From: Octopus vulgaris
Lineage: Eukaryota
DNA length: 64,000 bases
Direction: 5' to 3'
Assembly: GCA_951406725.2 (NCBI GenBank)
Contig: OX597814.1
Span: 115,072,001-115,136,000, forward strand
The position numbers and the translations under genes are program-made. Each line of letters opens with the position of its first letter. The stretch's first letter is position 1. The notes beneath the pieces were generated by a model. The model saw nothing but the letters and a program-made list of their open reading frames with translations, was not told where the DNA came from and made no database searches. Positions 14,110-27,721 of the stretch are shown in pieces.

Positions 14110-14490
14110 GGATGAGATAGATAGACAGGCAGGCAGACAGACAGACAGACGGACAGATAGATAGATAGGTAGACGGACGGACGGATGAACGGACAGACAG
14201 ACAGACAGACAGATAAATAGATACATAGATACATAAATACATACATACAGACAGACAGATAAATAGATACATTCATAAATACATACAAACTTCCATATAT
14301 ACATAGATGACTATATAGATAAATACATAGATACATAGATGGCCAAAAATTTACATACATGGCTATATAGATAGATAGATAGGTAGATAGATAGATTTAT
14401 ACATACATACATACATACATACATACATACATACATACATACACATGCCTACATGGCTAGATGGCTGGCTGGATTGATGGATGGATGGAG
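14110..14490. repeat. Compound (GATA)/(GACA)/(CATA)n tetranucleotide region
   Basis: Direct inspection. Confidence 0.9.
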
Positions 14491-14989
14491 GGATATTGAT
14501 AGTCGATATCGCCATATGAGTATCCAGTTGTTAGGTCGATTCGACAATCTAGTCACGAAATGAGCATACGAAATGGTTGAGATTTCGACGAACAAGTGTA
14601 ATCTTAACGTAATTTTCATGTAGAATCAGCTTAATACTGGCCTGGCAAGACCGAGACATTAATTTTGAGACACATCAATCCTACCTAGTCATGTACTGAA
14701 ATCGAACTGGACGTCATGAACATGACGTGAACTCCACAACCACTCAGTGATATATGAAAGAGCCTTTCTATATAAGCACACACACATACACACACACACA
14801 CAACCGGTGCCATTGCGTTTAGATCCCTGTAACTTAGTGTTTCGGCTAAAGAGCCCGATAGAATAATTACCAGGCTTTGAAATATTCGAATGGAGTTGAT
14901 TCGTTCTACTAAAATTCTTCAAAGTGGTGCCCCAGCATAGCCGTAGTCCGATGACTAAAACAAACAAATGATGTGTGCATAAAATATGC

Positions 14990-15239
14990 ATGCATATATA
15001 TATATATATATATACATACACACGTGTGTGTGTGTGTGTGTGTACTTATATGTATGAGTATATATATATACATGTGTGTATATATGTATATATGTATGTA
15101 TATGTATGTATGTATATATATATATATATATGTGTGTGTCTGTGTATGTGTGTGTATATGTATATATATGTGTGTGTATGTGTATATATATATATATATA
15201 TGTACATATATATATATATATGTGTGTGTGTGTATATAT

Positions 15240-15273
<34 letters not shown>

Positions 15274-15311
15274 GTACATATATATATATATATGTGTGTG
15301 TGTGTGTATAT

Positions 15312-15362
<51 letters not shown>

Positions 15363-15447
15363 TATGTATATACATACACACGCATACATGTATATATATG
15401 TATATACATACGTATATATATGTATATACATACATATATATATGTAT

Positions 15448-15515
<68 letters not shown>

Positions 15516-15522
15516 GTATATA
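14990..15522. repeat. Long compound (TA)n/(TG)n microsatellite
   Basis: Direct inspection. Confidence 0.97.
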
Positions 15523-15581
15523 TAAAATGTAAAAAGTAAAAGTGTCAAAAGGAAGAGTAAAAACGGTTAGGCAGCTTTTTA

Positions 15582-15700
15582 ATCGCTACAAATGTTTCGA
15601 TACATACAGATCCTCGTATATACAGGATTTAAAGTTTAAATTAAATTATGTAACGATTTACCTGTATAAAGATCTATCTATATGTATCTCCTCAGGCGAT
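15582..15700 (-). ncRNA. Type I hammerhead ribozyme, fully canonical, long stem II
   Basis: Minus strand AUCGC-CUGAGGA-GAUACAUAUAGAU...AUCUGUAUGUAUC-GAAAC-AUUU-GUA-GCGAU. Perfect 5-bp stem I, 13-bp stem II base (one GU pair), GUA cleavage triplet. Confidence 0.9.
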
Positions 15701-15843
15701 ACTCAGTTGCTGTCTCCGTAAGCAAAATTTAGAATTCCATGCTGCAGCATCCATACACTCTTTTACTGGAGGAAGTCAGAAAAACAATGGTGGTGCTCCA
15801 GCATGACCACGGTCGCATGGCTGAGACGAGTAAAAGAGTGTGT

Positions 15844-15891
<48 letters not shown>

Positions 15892-16295
15892 GGATATCGG
15901 TATTTGTATGCGCGTGCGTGGCAGTAGAAAAACCAGAAGAAAGAAGGGGAGAATACGTGAGTGAGAATGAAATGCCTGTTATTTGTATTTCAAATTTGTA
16001 TATCTTTACTGGCCTTTACATCAACTATTCTCTCCCTATAGACTCTGAAAATGTGAGATTATCCACATGTTTCTATCGGGTATGTGTTTCGTATCTCGTG
16101 CATCTGCTTATACTACATGCAAAGAACGGTTGAAATAAATCTTCCACTATTAAGAAAGAAATGTAATAACTGAATATTACATAATATAGATAGGCAAGTT
16201 TTGTTTAAAAAGAAAAACTGCTCGCAAATCAGAGTAAACAAAATGAGCGCACGCCTAGATATGCATTCTCATATACATACTCAGACACACTTCTC

Positions 16296-16512
16296 TGCGA
16301 TGCTGAAAAGTCCCTGCCTTTTGGGTAAAAGAAAATACAAAAAGATCAGTTAAATAGGATTTTATTCAACATATTCCCCTCTCAGATTCACACACTTATT
16401 GCAGCGGTTCTTCGCATTTTCTAAGCCATACAAAAGAACTCGGAAGGTAAGACTTCCAGCAACGCCTTTCCCGATACCCTTAAAACCAGGAACTTTTTAG
16501 CTGCCATTCGTA
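16296..16512 (-). mobile_element. Mariner-derived MITE (~220 bp), copy 1
   Basis: TIR-like GCTGAAAAGTCCCTG...CCAGGAACTTTTTAGC; homologous to the copies at 20203, 26224 and 36176. Confidence 0.8.
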
Positions 16513-16943
16513 CATCATGTATGTGTATGTGTTTATGTGTACGTGTATATGTGTGTGTGTCCCTGTACTTAGAAATTCTGCGTCAATGTCCGGCGTTCTA
16601 ATGAGCCTTTAACTCCTCGGCTCGTTTGAGGCGTATCTCAAGTACAATATTACAGCGATAAAAAAAAAATTCCCATTACATAAGGATGATCTTGGCTATT
16701 TTAGGGGTCTTCAGCGTCATCCGGAGATCATGATGGTTTCATTCAACCGAGCATCTGACTTTTGATACCGAATATCTTGCTTTGGTTTGTCTTTGAATCA
16801 TGCCAAAAGGATGAAGAAGGTCTATGTGTTACTGTGCAATACTGTGCCCATATTCCAATATCCAGTTTATCCTGTTCGACAAATCAAATACACGTCAAGA
16901 AAACTCCAGAGTAATAGACCACTGATCCCACTTAAATAAACTA

Positions 16944-17012
<69 letters not shown>

Positions 17013-18828
17013 TCCAAGTGACCAAGAGGCGTCCTCTAATTCTTAGATCGACACACTTCTTAAAGGGCACCAACACCGAACCAGAGAACCGCGCGGGCAG
17101 TCAGAAGATCGTGGAAATCTGCATCGACTTGTAAATGTACAATTGTGTTATGCATGTTGAAGCAAACATATAAAATAAATTGTTATTCATTGAAAGTATT
17201 ATTTCATGATGAAGGCTACGAAATGGCTGTAATCCGAAGGATAATGGTTAAATAATTACATTCCCCTCTCGTAGCTCCTGACTTATTACTATGTGTGTGT
17301 ACGTGTGTGTGTGTGTGTGCGTTTACACACACAACACACGGAAATATAGGGCATGTTTGTTTGTGAGAGAAATAGAAGTAACAAATATACAAGAGAAAAG
17401 ATATGATTGTATGATCACATAGAGGTGTGGTATACTGGAATTTCCTTCGCATTGAATAATATACCATTGGCAGAAGCGTAGAAATGAAACTGTCTGAAGG
17501 CAGCCTATTAACTTGAAAATACGCATTCATCAGTTATTGGATACTGAAATACTTGGAAAAAAACCTATACTTCCTGCGAAATTTGTATACATTCATGTGA
17601 TATCGTATAAGATAAATGATTGCATAAGTTTATACGTAAATGTGTTCATGAATATTGTTCTTATCTGCATTTATTTACTGGCATTTTCTTTTCATGTCTG
17701 CATGAGTATATTACTCAATACTCAAATGAAAACGTGTTTACGTGTGTGCTGTTGTTTTCTTCATTTACATGCATTTATTTGTGCATATGTCTGCAAGTGT
17801 ATGTTTTGTATATGGATGTTTGAAATCAGCGTCCTTTGACGTCTCTTACGACTACATTTAGATAACGGCCATTAACAGTGACGAGTAATTCACTCTCGTT
17901 GAACGTCGTCAGTTTAAAGTGGATTCATTCGTTTCATACAAGTATACTCGAATCTAACGTGTGCAGAAGTTTATTGGTTGAGCACCTAGCTACTCGAATT
18001 GAAGTATTTTAAACAAATACTGTTTTCTCAAAACTGCAATCATCATCATAAAGCCACGGGCTTATTAGCTTAAACAATAACACCTAGTACTTTACAGCAA
18101 TTTAATTGGAAAGGGCTGAATAGTTTATAGAGAATGTGTTGATGTTTAATGCTTTCAATTTGCATGGGATTTTCAGAGTACTTTGTTTTTGTTTTGTTTT
18201 TATATCTTTTTTTTACTGAATTACAAGGAATGCTAGTATTTACTGGTTCAATATAGATGCTGAATAATTTGTTAAAATATAAGTATGACTTATTCAAGTG
18301 AAAATACTGACAAAACTATATATATATGTGTGTGTGTTCATGTGTGTAGAGAGAGGGAGAGAGACGATACATATACATACATAAATTCTACAACATATAT
18401 TTATACACATATATGTATATATGTGTGCGTGTATGTGTCTATGTATATGTATATAAACAATTGCTGCGTGGAAGGTGTTTATAAGCCATTTATGAAACAC
18501 ACAAAAACCGTTACATTCACTTCAACATTTGAATTTAATTTGCCAAATTACTTTCGTCGTTTTGAGATCGTGACTAGCGACGAAAATATTTTGACAAATT
18601 AAATTTAGATGTTGTAGTGAATCTCACGGGTTTTGTGTGTTTTTAGATGGCTTCTAAACACTTTGCATGCTGCAATTGTTTTTGTTTTGTTTCAACACAT
18701 GATGTCAGATCAGGTCACTTGATATGCAAGTACATCTCAGTAATATATATATATATATATACGTATAATAGGGATGATCAATTGATGTTAATTAAATTAA
18801 TATTCAATTTATCACCTTCATTATTTAA

Positions 18829-18885
<57 letters not shown>

Positions 18886-18921
18886 ATAATTACATATGTT
18901 AATATATATGTACACTCATAA

Positions 18922-19325
18922 TATACAGAGGTAAATGCAGGGATAAGCAAGTTAGACAAATCAATATATAAAGTACATTTAATACATGAAATACAAAAAC
19001 GTATATATGTTCACCTACAGAAAGGTCCGACCTACATAGAATACAAATGATATAGAGAATTAAAGGGATTGAAGAAAAGTATTACAAATCCAAGAGCTGT
19101 TTCTGGGTGCTCGATGGTCCAAAATGATTTTTGTGGTTTGATTCCATCGTCGGATGAGACGAGCCTCCGTCTTCAGGGAAGAGATCTTACATTTGAGATG
19201 TTGAAGGAAAGAAGGAAATATGGACATTTTTCATATGCAAACGTATGCATTTTTAATTGTATTTCATATATTTAATATACTTTATATATTGATTTATCTA
19301 ACTTATCCCTACATTTACTTCTATA
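18922..19325 (-). mobile_element. PLE-derived fragment: ~70-bp inverted arms enclosing a hammerhead-like motif
   Basis: 18922-18995 is the imperfect reverse complement of 19258-19325. Minus strand 19180-19087 reads UUCC-CUGAAGA-...-GAAAC-AGCU-CUU-GGA. Confidence 0.65.
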
Positions 19326-20202
19326 CCCGCTCAAGTTTAAATCTCTTGAGCACTACGTAGTGTATTCTATACGGGGAATACCTATTCTCCTGTATGAAAT
19401 ATATATGTATGTGAGTGTGTTAAATTTTATTTAACAATAAGGAAATTCTAGTATCATGACAAATTGTTTCGTAACTTAAAAACATGTAAATAATTCATAT
19501 TGTTATATTTAATAATAATTAAATTACTTATATGTATGCATTAATGAAAAATGCAAATATATATATAAATATCCACTCTGGAACTGTGTTAATTCATAAA
19601 CGTCCTTCTGTTACAGTACTTGACAACAGTACAGGAAAGACTGTACCATTTATGCAAAATCAAGGTTAAGAAAGAACATCCTGATGATTTGATGAATATC
19701 ATGTACATTTTAATATAATTATTTGCTGTCGTTTCAAACTACTTCGACAATCATTGACCAAATGAGCTATTTATTCAAATTATGTTTTACAAGTAATCCA
19801 TTTGCAGATTGGGTAATATTGCTCCTTGATATTTTGCAACACATAATAATGTTTATATAATTTATACGGATTGAATTGGACAATCAGAAGCAAGCAGGTG
19901 TTAAAAACAATTGGAAAGAGCGGTCTGTTTCAGCTTGGGGTTTTCTCCAACTAGTTTTCGGTACCTTGTGTTTCATTATGGTACCAAAGATGATTGGAGA
20001 GATCCCCCACAGTTGACTTATCATCGATTACTAAAACACCAACTTATAGAACTATGTTCATTATCAACATTTAATGGTGGACATTGGCATCAAAATTTAC
20101 CTTTTGCCAGACTCAGTGTAATGAATGCAGCAGATGTAGCGGACGGTGGTTCGGTAATAAACTCCATGTGATATATTTTGCTTTGTTTTGATTTTAAAAT
20201 TA

Positions 20203-20423
20203 TACGAGGGAATACTGAAAAGCTCCAGGCTATGAGTAAAAGAAAATGCAGGAGGATCAGTTAATTATGATTTTACTTAACATATTCCCCCTCTCAGATT
20301 CACACACTTATTGCAGCGGTCCATCAGTTTTTCTAAGCCCTGTAAAAGAACTCGGAAAGTTGGGCCTCCAACCAAGCCTTTCACAAAACCCTTAAAGCCA
20401 GGAATGTTCAGTACCCCTTCGTG
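20203..20423 (-). mobile_element. Mariner-derived MITE, copy 2
   Basis: TA-CGAGGG...CCCTTCG termini. The minus strand encodes a GLEKL.DRCNKCVNLRG-like peptide resembling the mariner transposase C-terminus. Confidence 0.85.
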
Positions 20424-20947
20424 TTAGTTTCCACTAATTTGACTCTGTCTATTTCAGTTCCATTTTTCACGTCATCTCATCGTTTTATCTTATCTGTTTG
20501 AAATAACATTATCTAAGAGATATCGATATGGTTTAAGTAACTGCATAAATCAACAGTATTATCATTCAGACACCAGATTATAAAACATAACTACATAACT
20601 TCAGCAAGATGCAATTTTAGTAAATGATATCTTGCTGCTACGAAACTATTGAAAATTATTAATATGTATCTTTCACGGCATAATTTGTAAAAGAAATAAT
20701 TCAAATGCCTATGTATTATGGGCGTGAGCGTTAAATTTTCAACTACATAAACATTACAAAACTATAATGAACAAAATAATTAAGTAAATAGAATATACAA
20801 CTATCGAAATATAGTTCTCAAATATATATCTCAAATAACATTAATCCAAACTCGTTTAGGTCGAAGACAATCTTTGGCTATTATAATAAACATACAACAA
20901 TATATGTATGTATATAAATTAAAAATCGGGGTCTATATATATAACAG

Positions 20948-21110
20948 GAGCACTCCGTCGGTTACGACGACGAGGGGCCCAGCTGATACGATCAATGGAA
21001 CAGCTTGGTCGTGAAATTAATATGCAAGTGACCGGGAATATGCGTCGTCGGGAATTGAACTCACGACCTTTTGATCGAATGCTCTGACCACTAAACCATG
21101 CACCTTCACG
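20948..21110 (-). mobile_element. SINE family D, internally deleted
   Basis: Reverse complement of a tRNA-like head and the CGTAACCGACGGAGTGC tail. Confidence 0.75.
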
Positions 21111-21296
21111 CGCGCGCGCACACACGCACACACATATGTACATATATATATAGATAGAGTGTGAGGGAGAGATGCGTGTGTACATGCATGTGGTGTGTGT
21201 GTGTGTGTGTTTATGTCGAATTTATAGAAGTTTACATTAAACTGATTACTTAATATTTCATGTAGAATATATGATTATTACCAGAGTAGTGCCAAC

Positions 21297-21386
21297 AGTG
21301 ACTTCGAAGATTCGGCCTGCTTAGCCTCCATCGCACACTCTGGAGAAGGCTAAGTAGACCAAAACTCCGAAACTACTGTCAACACT
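21297..21386 (+). ncRNA. Degenerate type I hammerhead-like motif
   Basis: AGUG..UCGAAGA, hairpin CUGCUUAGCCU/AGGCUAAGUAG, then GAAAC-UACU-GUC-AACACU. First two core bases are non-canonical. Confidence 0.5.
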
Positions 21387-22253
21387 AATCTTGTAAAAGA
21401 ATGATATATGTATTAGTATGCTTGTATGTGTGTGTGTAAGAATATGTATGTGTGTGTGTGTGTGTAAGAATATGTATGTGTATGTGTGTATGTAAGAATA
21501 TGTATGTGTACGTGTGTGTGTGTGTTTGTGTAAGAATGTGTGTGTGTGTGTATGTGCGTGTGTGAGCGTATGTATATGCATACTAGATAGACATTTTTAG
21601 TCAGAGCAGGCATATACTTGTAGATATTTATACATCGAATGGTAGTGGGCACTATATTAGAATTTGTCATTAAACTCAAGTGACTGGTAGAAAATATTTA
21701 GGAAATCAGATCTTGGAGTCTTTATTATGAAAGGTTATCTTAGTGGAAGAAAATCGAAAAAATAACAAGAAAATAAACATCAAATAGGAATATTCTAAAA
21801 AAGACTGTTTACAAAGGAAGTGAAAATATATTAAGTTAGAATGGAAACAAGTGCGCGAATTCGAATCTCGTTGAATTTGTTATCATATAATATACACATA
21901 AGAGAAACATAATGAAATTTATTTGGTGGAAGGCTTGCTGTATTAATGTTCTATAAAACTACTTCAAAACTGTTGGCACTCATTCATCTTTTCCTACTGT
22001 GTTTAATTTTCTTGAGGCTTCACCAAAAAAAAAACGGTTTGTATATAAACAGGAGAAAGTTCCAGAGGTAAAGGTTTCTTTGTGTTTTTTGTTCCAATAT
22101 ATGGATGGAATATGATAAATAGCTGAAAGCTTGGGTTCGATTCTACTGGCTGGCATCTTTGGCAAATGTACCGTTGCTTCAGACCAACTTCTATATTGTG
22201 AGTAAAAGTGAGTTGACGGAAATTATGCGGATGATTTTTGGATGGATTGTACG

Positions 22254-22509
22254 TATCGTTACTATTATGTTAAACTGTCGTATGTCGAATTGACCAAATG
22301 CGTTTTCTTTTATTTTTCAATATTTATTTTTGTTTGCAATAGCCGCTTCTTTTGGTCAAACAATCGTATCACCAGCTGCTTCAGATGTCAAGATATCAAA
22401 ATTTGTCAAAGTGTAGTACAACGATTTTGCTATAGAATGGTGAATATCTTTTCGTTTTCTGAAAAAGCAACGTTTTGGACTTACGACACTTTTGTATTAT
22501 TGCAACGAT
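22254..22509. mobile_element. ~255-bp TIR MITE, copy 1
   Basis: Homologous over its length to 36797-37046; termini ATCGTTACTATTATG / TATTATTGCAACGAT. Confidence 0.8.
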
Positions 22510-23107
22510 GGAATTCTAAGATCCATACTTGTGTTACATCAAGTCTACGTGAGTCATATGTCAGCTACATACACGTTAATACAATCAGCTGGTAATTCAG
22601 ATGAATCAAAAAAGTGATTCCTTATCGTTGAAACCGACTGAGATCCATTGATTTTACTGCTCGAGTGTGAACTTCAATTTTTTGAAACTGCAAAAGCAAA
22701 CAAATTAGACGGTTTACAATGAATTTTAATGAAAGAGTCCATATTTACAGCTGGAAGAACATAGCAAAGAGAATTATGTATGAAGAAATGATTCATGATT
22801 TTAGCGAATTTTAACATTGCTATTTACTTTCTGTCAGACTTCAAATATTAGCAGAAAATCTAAAACGATTTCATAACTTCGTTTGTAGAAGTGATGTTCA
22901 TTTTTCTGTACCTGCATTGCTTAGGCTTGTGCTTCTTAACTATAATTATTTTTTTGTTATGGCCCCTTTTGGTCCCTATTTTACTCGTATGGCTCCTCGT
23001 AGCCATTCGTTGTTTTAAAAAAATTATATTTTTATACTTAAACATTATTAGGAACTATATTTAAAAAATTGTTAAAATAATTTGTATACTCTAGAAGTAC
23101 AATCAAA

Positions 23108-23477
23108 TTACCTCTGCCTTAGCGAAGGTGAAGGTTTGTTTGTTTGTTTGTTTGTTTGTCCGTGGACAAGATATCTCAAGAACCGCTGGATGGGTTCGGA
23201 TGAAACTTTCAGGGATGTTTGGCCTCGTGACTGGCACGAACTGATTAGATTTTGGGATCGATCCAGTACCGGACAAGGATTCTGGATTATTTTTTTCCTT
23301 TTTTTTACTCAATTTTTTACAGCGGTCGGGTTCATTTTCAGCATTCTCGTTTGTGAGAGCAGTCGAGTTTATTTGAAATATTCTCATTTTAAAAAAACAT
23401 CTCCGGTTAATCGTTGAGAGGACGCTGGTGGCTGGTGTTGCCTTGGCGGAGGTTTGCGCTCTCTGAGTGCTCTTGTT
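23108..23477 (+). mobile_element. Helentron-associated non-autonomous element (HINE/DINE-like)
   Basis: Sub-terminal IR ACCTCTGCC (23110-23118) / GGCGGAGGT (23445-23453), 5' (GTTT)n tract, 3' hairpin GCGCTC-TCT-GAGTGC. Confidence 0.75.
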
Positions 23478-25061
23478 GTACATAAATTTTATCAACAAAT
23501 CTTACATGGACCTCCAAGAGTCATATGGGCTCCGGTTAAGCACACTGGGCTAGATGAATGTATCGAGACAATACCATTTCGGTCGCTACCTCCTACCTGT
23601 TTTTCATCCGTCAACTATAATTTATTACTCATTTTCCTGCAGTGTATACTATAAAAATATACTAGTTCGTGTATTGGATGACCTAAGTTTGATGAACAAG
23701 AAAAGAAAGTGTGAAGCAAAGCTAATCCTAAATTACAAACAAAGATGAATATAATCCGACAGACTTTGCTTTTAGATCTTTCTCATATTTTACCTTATAT
23801 CTTTTACTTGTTTCAATCATTGGACTGCAGCCATCTTGAGGCACTGCCTTGATAAGTTTGAGTTGAATAAATTTACCCCAACACTTAGTTCTTAAGCCTG
23901 GTGCTTATTCTATGGCTCTCATTTACCTACCCACAAGGCCACGGACACGTAAACAAACGAACACCATTTATCAAGTGGAGAGACAGACAACACACAATGA
24001 GCATTCTTTTTTTAACGACAAGCATTTGTGAAGAGCTTATTTTACGTATCAGTCAAAGAAAGCTAAAGTTTCCCGAATCAATGACTCACTACATTGCCAA
24101 AGGTGTTGGACAAGAGGTTTTTAGCACTCGGTATTTGAAAGCCTGTTTTATATTCACTGAGATGCATCCAATATTGACATTAAAACTTGTATTTTTTGCT
24201 TGGTATTTTGGTCCTGATATCAAACATTAAAAGAAAACGTACAGCAGTCAGCATCATTCTCATCGTATAATGATTAGTTACACACCAGCTACGCAGAAGT
24301 CAGAAGCTTATGAACATATTTTAAAATATTATTGTTTGAGCTAGCGCTTTTTCTATGATGTAAGCTGTCTTTAAATTTAAGTAACTTATTTCAATCAACA
24401 ATAACTAACCTGGCAATATTATTTTGGGTGAAGTACGGCTGGTTAAGAATTATCTTTGAGGAATTCATCAACGATATGCAATAATAAACCACGATCAATT
24501 TTGTGATAGTATAATCGTATGCAATGATATATATTTTCTACTAGATTCCTTTGTTTTTAGTCCGAAGAGTCCGTTTCTCGTGTCGGTGAGTAAGAAATAT
24601 TTCGGTGCTTCCTCATAACGTTTTCGTAGAGAAATTAATACGATATAAAGACTAATAAAATGGTATAAAGTATAAAATCGATGATTGATTGCAATTTGAT
24701 CCTTTATAATCACATTATATTTCAAACTGACGCTAATGAATATTCACTTCTTATCATACGATGACAATAATTCCTGATAACATATTACAGGTTGTTAGGA
24801 CGTGTTCTTAAATATCTCTGGTCCTTTTGAAACCTTATCTATTAGTGAATTAATGGTTGATTACAAAGTCTAAAGTTGGACGATATATTTGTTCAACTTT
24901 CAAACACAATTTTGTCATAATCATCGCAGGTCATTAGTTTCTTCGTACGAATTCAGGTAGAAATAATAACATAACTTCGAGCTCATTAATAGAAGTTAGC
25001 GAAATGTCTTTATCAAACTAATTAATCAACGTCGTATTCAAATTTAACAATTAGGACGTAT

Positions 25062-25455
25062 ACTCTTTTACTTGTTTCAGTCATTTGATTGTGGCCATGC
25101 TAGAGCACCGCCTTCAGTCGAGCAAATCGACTCCAGGACTTATTCTTTGTAAGCCTAGTACTTATTCTATCGTTCTCTTTTGCCGAACTGCTAGGTTACG
25201 CAAGCATAAACAAACCACCAGCGGTTGTCAAGCAATGTTGGGGAGACAAACACAGACACCGAAACGTATATACGCACATACATATATATATATACATATA
25301 TATGACGGGCTTCTTTCAGCTTCCTTTCTACCAAATCCGCTCACATGGATTTGGTCGGCCCGAGGCTATAGTAGAAGACACTTGCCCAAGGTGCCACGCA
25401 GTGGGACTGAAGCCGGAACCATGTGGTTCGTAAGCAAGCTACTTATCACACACCC
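25062..25455 (-). mobile_element. SINE family A, near full length
   Basis: Reverse complement of 6505-6932. Confidence 0.9.
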
Positions 25456-26223
25456 ACTGTTTAAGAAGATAAGATTTTACTAGATTTTTACGTCACAACC
25501 AAGTGGTTCTAGATTCGATTCCATTGCATGTGTGAAATTTGTTGGGCAGAAATTGTAAGAAAGCTCTTCGTATGTACACATATGTTTGTCTAATTAATTG
25601 ATGATAGATAATCGACAGCTGCAATCCCACATACAAATGGTATTAAAGAAAGTTGTGTACAGACACCTGTGCTTTTTGCGCATATTTTCAGCTATTTTGA
25701 CTGCTATAATTCAGAAATTGAGGATGGTTCCGCCTTACATTTTAATAATAACAATAGATTATTCACACATTTACAGATATTGGTTGAAATCAAAGATGGA
25801 AGCGAAAATCAAGTCCCAACTAACCCCTCACAAAAGGAATCCATGATACGCAAGAAAGGCATAATACTGCGATATTCGTCTTGATAAAATGCGTCTCGTA
25901 TAGATGTATGCTGCTGATAGAAAAAACACAGGTGTCTCAGCTACAGACGAAAAATATTTTTCTGTATCAGAAGGGGCGAAGTTTGGCTAGCATCGTCATA
26001 GTAGGGACCAGCTATAGATGACGCCACAGAAACCACGTCATCTGTCAGTTCCATCTGTGCTGGGCATTTTTCGACTGCTACTATACTTCTGTAATTATTA
26101 ACACTATACGAGTTGCTCCATTTGAAGAGTACCCTGGAAGTATGGCTTTCTTACATTAAATCCACATGAAGTAGGCTATATATATATGTGTGTGTGTGTG
26201 TATATATATATATATACACACAC

Positions 26224-26442
26224 ATGAGAGTGGGTACTAAAATATTCCTGGCTTTGGGTTAAAGAAAATACAGAAACATCAGTTATGATTTTATTCAACA
26301 TATTCTTTCCCTCTCAGATTCACACACGTTTTGCAGCGGTCTTTCAGTTTTTAAGCTCTATGAGAGAACTCATAAGGGTGGGACTCCGACCAGGCCTTTC
26401 ACGATACGCTTAAAGCCAGAAACTCTACAGAACCCTTTCGTA
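26224..26442 (-). mobile_element. Mariner-derived MITE, copy 3
   Basis: Shares CTCTCAGATTCACACAC...GCAGCGGT and the TIRs with copy 2. Confidence 0.8.
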
Positions 26443-26490
26443 TATATACAGATAGATAGATACATACATACATAGACATATAGATAAATT

Positions 26491-26568
<78 letters not shown>

Positions 26569-27721
26569 CATACAACGGATTTTCACCCAACCTCCCTCAA
26601 CGAAGATCACTCACGATCAGTCAGGGCTTTATAAGACAATTGTTCAAGATGCCAAGCAGTGTAACTGAACCCGAAACCATGCTTCTTAACTACACAACCA
26701 TATATATATAGTTGTGTAGTTGTATATATATGCATGTGTGTGTGTGTGTGTGTGTGTAAACACTTCCGTTTCCTTGTGGGAAAAATCACTTGTAAAGGAA
26801 AACAGAAAAGAAAATATTTTCAAATATTTCATTTGTGAATGCATTTCTTCGGAATAGAAACTATAATCGCTTTATCTCCCTTGCTAATTACCTCTTCAAA
26901 CATCGCCGATAGTAAACATGATTTAAATGCAAACTTCTTTATCTCCATCGTTAAAAGAAATTATTCTTTAACTTTCATATATATCTGGATGGTTTTATCT
27001 AATTATATTAGTTTGCGTCCTTACATGCATGCGGAATGAAAGAGAAGGAAACCGTTCGTTTCTGACCGATTTATTAACCTTGCTTAGGTTTTTAGTTTTC
27101 TATTTATCTTCTCATCTCAACAAATCTAGGCGACCATATGTTTTTATGTATTTCCTCGTCTTTTAACAACTTTAGATGTTTACATGAGAATCTTTTGATT
27201 AGAATTTGAGTGGTTTTCATTCATCATTTTTTTTTCTTCTCTCGAACTTCCAAGCAATACATTTATTTTATTCTTTATAGTTTATTTAATCGGTCAGATT
27301 AAACTGACAACAGCAGAAACGATTTTACTCTTTATCTGCTTCTCTTAAAGCCACTTCAATACGTCATGATTCAAGTGTTTTAAAGTCACTTTTAAACTAT
27401 ACTTCTAATTTTAAACTCTGTAAACTTTATTTTTTCAATATTTTCAACAAAGAAACATAATTTCATTTTCTGAAATATTAGAAACTTTTTGTTTTAATGG
27501 AAAATTCTTCTTCTTGTTTAGAATAAAATATAACAATGTATTTGATGTCAATTATTCTCCGTAAATCCATATTATCAATTGTTGTTTTATATATTTTATA
27601 TATTTGTGAATGCCATGAAGTAAGAGCTATGCTCCACCATTATTAAAATGGTTTTACATTAACAAATAAAATTCTTGTCTAACATAATCTTCGAGACAGA
27701 ATTCCCGGGGAATATACTGGT

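Noticed and set aside
3742-15548. Many 60-220 aa ORFs rich in YI, CV, HT or LS (also later in the window)
   Set aside because: They are translations of (TA)n, (TG)n, (CT)n and (GATA)n microsatellites, which lack stop codons.
17011-17190. GC-richer segment followed by AATAAA, resembling a terminal exon or LTR
   Set aside because: No acceptor site, no second copy and no PBS or PPT found.
19911-20171. 86-aa ORF in non-repetitive sequence
   Set aside because: TTG start, no convincing splice sites and no recognisable domain.
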